DNA of 64,000 nucleotides from a virus. Below the pieces are notes generated by a model that saw nothing but the letters and a program-made list of their open reading frames with translations, made no database searches and had not been told where the DNA came from. Position numbers and translations under genes: made by a program. Numbering within the stretch: position 1 is the stretch's first letter; the number at the start of each line of letters is the position of its first letter. This document shows positions 56,682-64,000 of the stretch, piece after piece. The stretch lies in the IMG/VR virus record IMGVR_UViG_3300020182_002698. One strand, 5' to 3'.

Positions 56682-59409
56682 GAATTTTATTTTTCTCAAC
56701 ATAATTAGTGTTAACTAATTCTTCGGTTCCTTCTAAATACATGTAGAAAGGGTTAATTCCAACACTTTTCCAAAACACTTTTTCAGTGTCAGATAGGGTA
56801 AGTACCTCATCTAAAGTATCTTGGTCACCTTCTTTTCTTGGGTATCCTCTAACTAATTTAGTTTGAGTTTTTGTAAAAAACGGTCTATCTTCAGGATTTT
56901 CAATTAATATTTCATCTCGTATTTCAGGAGAAAATACAACTAATAGAGGTTCAATTCTCTTATTAAACGCAGTTACATAACGAGGAACATTATAATCTCC
57001 TAACTTATCTGGTGTATCTTCGATATCTTTTTCTTTTACATGATAACAGTTAATTACCACCTCATCTTTTTTCTTTTGTACATCTCCATGAGATTTACGG
57101 GTTCCGTTATTTACGTAGTAAATTGTATCTCCTAACCCGACACTTAAGTTATTTGCCAATGCTAATTCCATATGTGCTTGTCGAGACATAAAAGAACCTG
57201 ACTTAGTTCTTTTTGTAATATGAACTTTGTAATCGTCAAGAGACTGTTTTACACGAGCTTTGTTCGCTATTTTAGAAATAGGTATTTCTCTGTTATATAA
57301 TTTACCTAGATATTCATAGTATGAGTCTAAGAATTCTTGACCTTTACCGTCCAACAACATATTCAATCCTGAATCTAAGAACTCCGCAACATACGTCTGA
57401 AGTTTTTTAGACTTAATCGAGTTTCCTGTAAGTTTAACCTTACCCTTATCTGTAAGTAGTGCGTAGTTTTTACGTGCTACATTAATAGTTGCTGGCCATT
57501 GACCGTCAGTGTCGAGACCCATTTCTCCTCTCATAAATATATCATTATATTCTGCAACATCTGCTTCTGAGCCCGAATATTCTTTACCTTCTTCTACAAG
57601 ACCATTCAAACCTTTACCTACGTATTTGTGGTCTTCTCTACCATCAGGAACCGCAAAGTTAACACCATCAGTGTCCATAACTAATGGTTCGTACCCACGC
57701 TCCATAAACCACATAATCATTTGCCTTAGGTATTGTCTACCCGTACAAGTAATTTGTTCACCCATATCCATATCACCCCATGGAAATACGTGAGGAGCGG
57801 ACAGAGAACCAAAGAATGCGTTAATAAAAATCTTAATCGGAAGTTGTTTTCGATTGTACTGTGAAGACAATTTAGGGTCCGAAAGGTAATGGTCGGATGC
57901 TAACTTCTTATATTTAATACGGGTATCACGGAAATACTTCAACATACTCTTCATTGCCCCCGTAACATCACACTTAGGAAATACATCGTGCACGAGTTGA
58001 ATAGAGGGGTATAGAGACGAGTAGTCGAGCTTCAACACGTCAGTGGAGTACCCGACCTGTAATAGTCGAGACAGACCCCCTGTAAATGAACGCTTGTCCC
58101 CTTTCTTAGGTATTGCGAGCCCATGTTTATACGACCATGACATCATAATCATTTTCCATAGTGTTGCAGTACCCATTGTAGACAATCTCTCATATGTTGT
58201 AGGTACAAGTTTAGCGAGAAGGAAGTTGGCTTGGTTGAACTCTTCGTCAACCACCATAGTTTCCCAAATATCATCATACAGATATCTCTCGATGAGGTAC
58301 TCACCGTTTACTTCTTCATAGTGACCAGGGAACCTTTCCATAAGATTTTCTGTACCGGGAGAGCCCACCTCTTTATAACCGCCAGTCTTAGGGTTGAAAT
58401 AATAATCTTTATTATCAAAATATATTTTTCCAATCTTATCACCTTTGACGTATACACGATTTTCCTTTTCCGCTCCGATAAATTGAGTAATATACTTAAG
58501 ACCCCAACTTTTTATGTCTGAGTTAATTGCTTGAGCTCTCCTAACGGCATGTGCAATGTCTACAATATTATACCCCCACATCATGGTCTGAGTATAATCT
58601 TCCATCTCATTTGCAAGCTTCAACATCCCTTGTTTTTGTCTAAGTTTTTTTTCGGGGTTAAGGGTCTTAGCTATTTTTCCTATATCCAAACCCAACATTT
58701 CCGCTCTTGTTAAAATAAAAGGAAAATCGAAAAACGCTGAGTTATATCCACCAACTAATGTCGGTTTTAGATAATTAATGGCATTAAAAAATTCGACAAT
58801 CATCTCCTTTTCCTCCTCTTCATTTTGTGCCGATATCACCTTTTCATAACCTCTATTATCTTTCATGCCGATTAGGAATATTTTTTCAGTATTTGCATCC
58901 AAACCTGTGGTCTCGATGTCAAACACAAAACGATGTACTTCATCATACTCATCAAATCCCTTAAACAATCTTTTTTGTTTCTGACAAAGATACTGTTCTA
59001 CTGGAGATAGTATCGCAATCGCATTTGTATTCTCTCTATCCCAAGGATTTAATCCTCCATTTTTAAAAAAGTTAACTAAGTTTGAGTAGGTCTTGGTTGT
59101 CTTTACCATATACTTCAGACCTTGTTCCATTCTTACATCGCCATGAGTATCTAACGTTTCGATTAGAATACCGTGTTCTGACATGGCTTGTTTTTGTGCA
59201 TGTTTAGAACCGTTATAAAAATTCTTACCCTTTAAATCGCCGACCCATGCGAACGGTATAAAAGAGTCTGTTTTAATTTGTTTCCCGTTTGTAGGGTGTT
59301 GAATAACCTTAAAAATCTTATTAGACCTATAGTCATATTCTAAGGCTACAATATATTTTTCTTCATCCTCTCCGTGGAGGAACTTTTCAATTTCTTCTTG
59401 TGAGACCAT
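56650..59409 (-). CDS. Family B DNA polymerase with 3'-5' exonuclease domain
   Basis: ExoI FDIETTG, ExoII GYNSAFFDFPFI, ExoIII YLYDD; Pol motifs LDYSSLYPS, KIFINAFFG and MDTDG; no intein visible. Confidence 0.96.
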   Translation of the reverse strand: MVSQEEIEKFLHGEDEEKYIVALEYDYRSNKIFKVIQHPTNGKQIKTDSFIPFAWVGDLKGKNFYNGSKHAQKQAMSEHGILIETLDTHGDVRMEQGLKYMVKTTKTYSNLVNFFKNGGLNPWDRENTNAIAILSPVEQYLCQKQKRLFKGFDEYDEVHRFVFDIETTGLDANTEKIFLIGMKDNRGYEKVISAQNEEEEKEMIVEFFNAINYLKPTLVGGYNSAFFDFPFILTRAEMLGLDIGKIAKTLNPEKKLRQKQGMLKLANEMEDYTQTMMWGYNIVDIAHAVRRAQAINSDIKSWGLKYITQFIGAEKENRVYVKGDKIGKIYFDNKDYYFNPKTGGYKEVGSPGTENLMERFPGHYEEVNGEYLIERYLYDDIWETMVVDEEFNQANFLLAKLVPTTYERLSTMGTATLWKMIMMSWSYKHGLAIPKKGDKRSFTGGLSRLLQVGYSTDVLKLDYSSLYPSIQLVHDVFPKCDVTGAMKSMLKYFRDTRIKYKKLASDHYLSDPKLSSQYNRKQLPIKIFINAFFGSLSAPHVFPWGDMDMGEQITCTGRQYLRQMIMWFMERGYEPLVMDTDGVNFAVPDGREDHKYVGKGLNGLVEEGKEYSGSEADVAEYNDIFMRGEMGLDTDGQWPATINVARKNYALLTDKGKVKLTGNSIKSKKLQTYVAEFLDSGLNMLLDGKGQEFLDSYYEYLGKLYNREIPISKIANKARVKQSLDDYKVHITKRTKSGSFMSRQAHMELALANNLSVGLGDTIYYVNNGTRKSHGDVQKKKDEVVINCYHVKEKDIEDTPDKLGDYNVPRYVTAFNKRIEPLLVVFSPEIRDEILIENPEDRPFFTKTQTKLVRGYPRKEGDQDTLDEVLTLSDTEKVFWKSVGINPFYMYLEGTEELVNTNYVEKNKILMNSLDHQTT

Positions 59410-59478
59410 ACTTTTTAACTTTTCACCTGAGATATTATTCTCACATCGTTTTGACGTGATTTCTCTTGGTATTTGTTA

Positions 59479-59510
59479 CAAAGATAATCTACAATTTAAA
59501 GTTTGTCAAA
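59479..59510 (-). promoter_or_regulatory. Bacteroidota primary-sigma promoter (-33/-7) for DNA polymerase
   Basis: Minus strand TTTG-N20-TATCTTTG. Confidence 0.8.
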
Positions 59511-59859
59511 TAATATTAATAAATAAAGGCTCCCTGATTGGCGCTATTAAAATCCCGTCTTTGGTTGTAATTGAGAACTCTCCGATAAAACGACCTTTTT
59601 GGTTTGTATCTCTCGAAGTCCATTTATAATATATGTAATACTCTCGTGGTGTGTCAGGATTTATTAATAACTTTTCAGTTATGTATGCGTTATTCATAAT
59701 AATTTTTTCCAAACCATCCGACTCTCTTTTCATTGAAAACCTTATAACTGAGTTTACAAGTTCTTCATTAAATTTCTGATATGAGTCAGTTCTCCCATCC
59801 TGAACTATTTCCATAATTAGGATGGGAGACTCACTATTTTTATTTATAAAAAATTCCAT
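59506..59859 (-). CDS. BppU-N-like small baseplate/fibre-associated protein
   Basis: MEFFINKNSESPILIMEI...YKWTSRDTNQKGRFIGEFSIT resembles BppU N-terminal domains (Y.W...DT...G.F..EF). Confidence 0.55.
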   Translation of the reverse strand: MEFFINKNSESPILIMEIVQDGRTDSYQKFNEELVNSVIRFSMKRESDGLEKIIMNNAYITEKLLINPDTPREYYIYYKWTSRDTNQKGRFIGEFSITTKDGILIAPIREPLFINII

Positions 59860-59860
59860 A

Positions 59861-62800
59861 TTAACAAGACGGACATTCTATAATTTTGAACCCGTAAGCG
59901 GTACTGTTAAATAACCCTCCGTAAACTGTTAAAGTATAAATTGATTCTCCCTGAGGTTTTTCAAAAGAGAATACTCGTGAGCCATTTGAATATCCTCCAC
60001 AACCCGCATAAGTATCTAGGGGGATTGAAGGGGTCAAGCCGCATGAGCCAGGAGATACATAAACATTACTATTAAGATTAAAATATTCTAAAGTACCTCC
60101 AATTTGACCTTTTGCACCATATCTAGAAACACCATTATCGTCCCATACATTATCATATAATGGATATGTGTAATTACCAGCATCCGAATGGTAAGGGAAG
60201 TCGGTTACCGTAACAGGTACCGATTGGGTGCTGGTGAACTCTAACTGGTCAGTGTCGTTATTCCACGTAAATACATTACATATATACGGACTATTCTCAA
60301 CTCTACTATCAACCAAAGACTCATTAGATGGTTGACCTAACAGTAAACTATCGATAACAACCTCATCTGAGTTATTTTTAACAACAAACCGGTCATGAGC
60401 ACTCTGTGCGTATAATGCGAATTTTACCGTACCCGCACAAGACGATAAATTAAGTGTCGCATTTATAACGGTCTTTGATGTAGAATATGATTGTATAGTC
60501 CCATCGGGGTTTAAAACATTATTAAAGTTTGAAGTACTAATAGTAAAATTATCAGCACACTGTATAGCTTCAGGTATAGGTGATGACGTTACCGAAGGTG
60601 TTGGAGTAATGGTAGGTGTGATTGATGGTGTGATAGTAGGTGTGATGGTAGGTGTTGGTGTCGGTGTATTTGATGCACAACTTTCACATCCTAAGGGGTA
60701 AGTTAAAACCTGTCCTACAACGGGACCTAACTGTGTTACGCCAGACCACGGGATTGCTAATTCACTAGGAACAAAGCTAAGATAACAATCCCCATTTACT
60801 GATAACTCGTCTTGAAAGTCCACAAAATAATAAGTGGCCGATGCGCCGTATTGGGGTATGTAGCTAAAATCTGGTCCCGTTAAGTCGCCACTCGAATCCC
60901 ATATAAAATATCCGTTTCCTGTTGTACATCCGGTAAAATAACCCGTCACTGTACACTCTATATCGAATGCATTAGCGGCATCGAAACAATTATTTACTCC
61001 TCCCTGAAATATATCTTCGTCGTCTAAATAAAAATATGCAACATCTTCCGAAGGTGAAGTTCCGATTACCCTCCACGATAAGGGGTCTCCAGGGTTGGAA
61101 TAATTCCAAACAAATACGTCACCATTATTAAGAGATGTGATGGTACCATTAAAAATAACACCCAAAACATACCCATCAGTATCATCACTAACTGCTGAAC
61201 AACACGGAATCACTTCGTAATAAACAATGGGTAGTGGTGGTGAAGAACTTGGAGTCACTGAAGGTGTTACGGTCATAGTTACCGATGGTGTCATAGTTAC
61301 TGATGGTGTCATAGTTACTGATGGTGTCACAGTTACTGATGGTGTCACACTAGGTGTAACTGTTGGACATGGTTCACATAGTTGAGGGTTTAATATTAAG
61401 TCAGTACATATATTTTCTAAAAAGTTGTCTGAATTTATTGTAATACTACCGCTTCCACTACCTTGACCTTCAATGAATACAAAACAATTTCCTGAATATG
61501 AGAATCCATGAAATCCTAAAATAGGTTGGTCTCCCACTACTGTAACAAACAAATCTTCAACTCCACTTGTACAACAAGACTCCGCTCGATATAATGAAGT
61601 ACATGGGTTTGACGCTAAACACGAAGAACAGTTATCAAATCCGGTACTATTGTCTATTGTAAAAGAAGGTGTTAAAGTATTGTCTAATACAAAGTTTATC
61701 ACAGTATAACATTGTGGTAATATGTTTTGAGTCCCGTCACCACCAAAATAGAAAGTGTCATTTGATTGAGTTATTTGATTAGTAAACTGAACATGCTCCA
61801 AATATGTTTCATTATCGCAACACCCACTTAATAATACTTTATATACAAATTGTGTAGGTGTCGAACTTGGAGTGACTGTGGGGGTAACCGTATTAGTTGG
61901 TGTTATAGATGGTGTTATAGTTGGTGTTATAGATGGTGTTGGTGTCATTGAAGGTGTAGGTGTTGGTGTAGGAATCTCATCTTCAATACATTCTGTACAT
62001 CCTGAGTATACAGTATCAATACTAAAATTAATGACAGGTTGGTCTATACTGTTAACATCTCCCACATACTCATAGCAATTTTCTTCTTGAGTGACGTAGT
62101 AAATACCATTTAGTGTTGGATTAAGACCTTGAGTATACACCGAAGGACATGTTATTTGTTCTTGAATATATGATTGTAATTCTCCATATATTGACAACAT
62201 TACAAGTAGGTCCAAAGTAGTAAGGACCCCGTCAACTCCACCAAACGTATCACAAAAATATTCAATATTAGTACATGGACTATTAAGATAAAAAATGAAA
62301 CACGCAAACATTGCGGCGTCAGTTATAACACCATTTTCATCCGCTAAAGGTGCCAAATGTGATGGTTCTTGAATTACTGTAGGTATATTGTATGTCACAC
62401 CATCTGCGTTTGTATACGGTACTGTGTCGTAAGGATATGAAACTACGGTACATTGTTCGGAACAACCTGTATATTTTTGTAAACAAGGATGATTATTTGT
62501 ACATGAAGTACAACTTACTGACCCATAATTTTCGGTAATAGTCCCTTGTGAAGGCCCTGTTTGTGCCGACGATGAAAGTATTTTGTAACATCCAGAAGTA
62601 AAACTACTACTATAAGATGAGTTATTATTAATAAAATAAACGTAGTCATTAACGTTTGCAGATACGTTTAATGTGGTATTTGCAGTATAGGTAATTCCAT
62701 CACAACAACCTTCCAGTGTCAATAGGTTAGTTACGATAGTCCATGAGTCGGGAGTTGTACTTGGTGTGGGTGTAGGTGTTGGCGTTGGACAATCAGGACA

Positions 62801-64000
62801 TAACTGTTCACCACAAATGTTATTAAACACAAAACTGTTTTGACTAATTATAATTGAGGGATTATTTTGATTTTGTTCCATGTAGAGAAGTCTATAACAG
62901 TTACCGTTATAGAAAAATCCAGGGTTAAGGGATAATATAGGTGTAGAATTTAAAAGTAATTGTACCGTTATTTGGTCTCCGCTATTGCAACAATTTTCAG
63001 CTCTAAATAAACTGTTTGTTTGTTCACATGGGTCAAAGTTATTTTGATTATAATTAAAACATTGTAGACATGATAGATGAGTACTCGATACTGAGTGTAT
63101 TACATCACTTGCGTCTAAACCATTCACCCCAAATAAAGTATAACAACCAGGCTCAATCTGAGCGTTTCCATCATACATTATCCCATCAAAAAATACTATA
63201 GTTCCATTTTCAGGTAAATAGTCCATAGCAAAAGTCACTACAGTAACATCATATGGGGGACAACAAGATTTTGCATATGCGGCAAATTTATCCTCTGGTT
63301 GGTCTGAACATAAACTAGTACATATCGAGCTTTGACAGCTTTGAGCTGATGGTCCGTTAAAAATTAATTGTGTTTGTTGACCTGTTACCTGTCCATTACT
63401 AACCCAACAAGTACCATTATGAGTGACCGCATTACCATTAAATACCCAACCCCCCGTTTGAGTTTCCGTTAATAAAACTCTGGCTAATATAGTATCCTTA
63501 GGATTACAACAATTAATCCATTCATGTGTAGTGTATTGGGGAGGTGGAAAAGTATTATTTAAATATTGTGAATCAGAATTTACGTTAATTATCGCATTAG
63601 CGTCTGAACATACAATGTTTTCAAACTCATAATAACCTTGTTGTAAATCGGAAAAAGGTATACTAAAGGTTAATTCAGTTGAACCTAACGACTCTCTGAC
63701 GGTGATAGATACTGAACCACTTTGAGTGACAGTCGTCCCCACATCATCTTTTAATTTTAAATCAAAAGAGATTGTAGTGTTGACATTAACTAATATATTA
63801 GAAATTATATTAACGTAAGTGGTGGTTGTTCCTCCACCCGGTCCCGCTTCAAAAACATTATTTACGGTTAAACGAGGTATGACACCGGATATAGGGGTTA
63901 ACGTAGGAGTTGGTGTCGGTGTAAATGACAGTGTCGGTGTCGGAGTAACTAAATTAACACTACCAGTACAAGAACAACTTGTTACGGTATCTATTAATTC
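59861..64000 (-). CDS. Giant Cys-rich repeat / TP-linker protein; 5' end lies beyond the window (track's GTG start at 63742 is internal)
   Basis: The frame is open from 64000 to 63742 (ELIDTVTSCSC...KLKDDVGTTVTQ). It carries about nine Cys modules, five TP linkers and a dockerin/EF-hand-like motif. Confidence 0.75.
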   Translation of the reverse strand, partial: ELIDTVTSCSCTGSVNLVTPTPTLSFTPTPTPTLTPISGVIPRLTVNNVFEAGPGGGTTTTYVNIISNILVNVNTTISFDLKLKDDVGTTVTQSGSVSITVRESLGSTELTFSIPFSDLQQGYYEFENIVCSDANAIINVNSDSQYLNNTFPPPQYTTHEWINCCNPKDTILARVLLTETQTGGWVFNGNAVTHNGTCWVSNGQVTGQQTQLIFNGPSAQSCQSSICTSLCSDQPEDKFAAYAKSCCPPYDVTVVTFAMDYLPENGTIVFFDGIMYDGNAQIEPGCYTLFGVNGLDASDVIHSVSSTHLSCLQCFNYNQNNFDPCEQTNSLFRAENCCNSGDQITVQLLLNSTPILSLNPGFFYNGNCYRLLYMEQNQNNPSIIISQNSFVFNNICGEQLCPDCPTPTPTPTPSTTPDSWTIVTNLLTLEGCCDGITYTANTTLNVSANVNDYVYFINNNSSYSSSFTSGCYKILSSSAQTGPSQGTITENYGSVSCTSCTNNHPCLQKYTGCSEQCTVVSYPYDTVPYTNADGVTYNIPTVIQEPSHLAPLADENGVITDAAMFACFIFYLNSPCTNIEYFCDTFGGVDGVLTTLDLLVMLSIYGELQSYIQEQITCPSVYTQGLNPTLNGIYYVTQEENCYEYVGDVNSIDQPVINFSIDTVYSGCTECIEDEIPTPTPTPSMTPTPSITPTITPSITPTNTVTPTVTPSSTPTQFVYKVLLSGCCDNETYLEHVQFTNQITQSNDTFYFGGDGTQNILPQCYTVINFVLDNTLTPSFTIDNSTGFDNCSSCLASNPCTSLYRAESCCTSGVEDLFVTVVGDQPILGFHGFSYSGNCFVFIEGQGSGSGSITINSDNFLENICTDLILNPQLCEPCPTVTPSVTPSVTVTPSVTMTPSVTMTPSVTMTVTPSVTPSSSPPLPIVYYEVIPCCSAVSDDTDGYVLGVIFNGTITSLNNGDVFVWNYSNPGDPLSWRVIGTSPSEDVAYFYLDDEDIFQGGVNNCFDAANAFDIECTVTGYFTGCTTGNGYFIWDSSGDLTGPDFSYIPQYGASATYYFVDFQDELSVNGDCYLSFVPSELAIPWSGVTQLGPVVGQVLTYPLGCESCASNTPTPTPTITPTITPSITPTITPTPSVTSSPIPEAIQCADNFTISTSNFNNVLNPDGTIQSYSTSKTVINATLNLSSCAGTVKFALYAQSAHDRFVVKNNSDEVVIDSLLLGQPSNESLVDSRVENSPYICNVFTWNNDTDQLEFTSTQSVPVTVTDFPYHSDAGNYTYPLYDNVWDDNGVSRYGAKGQIGGTLEYFNLNSNVYVSPGSCGLTPSIPLDTYAGCGGYSNGSRVFSFEKPQGESIYTLTVYGGLFNSTAYGFKIIECPSC
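61272..61349 (-). repeat. Near-perfect 18-bp tandem repeat (GATGGTGTCATAGTTACT) encoding VTMTPS
   Basis: Two identical copies (61284-61319), one with a single mismatch, and partial flanking copies. Confidence 0.9.

Noticed and set aside
57790-57850. PolB motif B variant KIFINAFFG (usual NSxYG) and MDTDG as a sign of modified-base replication
   Set aside because: Such substitutions occur among divergent phage PolBs, and no base-modification genes (purZ, dUTP/hmdU, queuosine pathway) are in the window to support it.
20874-59409. Inteins or group I introns in nrdA, nrdB, helicase, recA or polB
   Set aside because: Protein lengths are normal, motifs are contiguous, and no homing endonuclease or intein splice motifs were seen.
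27-62075. Numerous short opposite-strand or alternate-frame ORFs in the track (e.g. 1422-1709, 4306-4629, 10667-10900, 43077-43712, 43804-44232, 57509-57793, 61872-62075)
   Set aside because: They lie antisense to or within long, motif-bearing genes. Their V/G/I-rich or hydrophobic translations are the expected shadow of TP-repeat and AT-rich coding sequence.
1-64000. Stop-codon reassignment as in some large Bacteroidota phages
   Set aside because: Long genes are intact under the standard code and pack tightly, with TAA, TAG and TGA functioning as stops.

Overview
All 64 kb read as a fragment of a large, AT-rich, lytic myovirus (contractile tail, T4-like gene repertoire, standard genetic code). 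The host is very probably in the Bacteroidota. Three lines of evidence support this: canonical TTTG-N19/20-TAnnTTTG promoters precede the ssb and DNA polymerase genes, the RNR is flavobacterial class Id-like, and one protein carries SprB-type repeats. Structural genes present: neck, tail terminator, sheath, tube, gp26/gp51-like chaperone pair, tape measure, tube initiator, LysM/gp53-like, hub, gp25, gp6 and a gp7/gpI-like wedge. Replication and nucleotide genes are interleaved with them: ssb-recA-5'exonuclease-helicase-nrdB-nrdA, PolB and an SNF2 helicase. Both window ends lie inside very large Cys-rich, Thr/Pro-linker proteins whose ORFs run off the edges. No terminase, portal, major capsid, integrase, tRNA, CRISPR array or reverse transcriptase was seen. 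The most interesting signals are: (i) a modular appendage family built from an unrecognised ~70-85 aa CC..C[YFW]..CxxC..C repeat, TP linkers, SprB repeats and a domain shared with a baseplate wedge protein; (ii) late genes with similar N-terminal leaders ending in hydrophobic-x-Glu (possible protease-processed virion cargo), including a MnSOD fused to a PD-(D/E)xK-like domain; (iii) a class Id RNR with the ATP-cone on the beta subunit; (iv) a probable +1/-2 frameshift in the tail chaperone pair; (v) a recurrent TATTTAT upstream motif. All family assignments come from motif recognition by eye; no database search was run.
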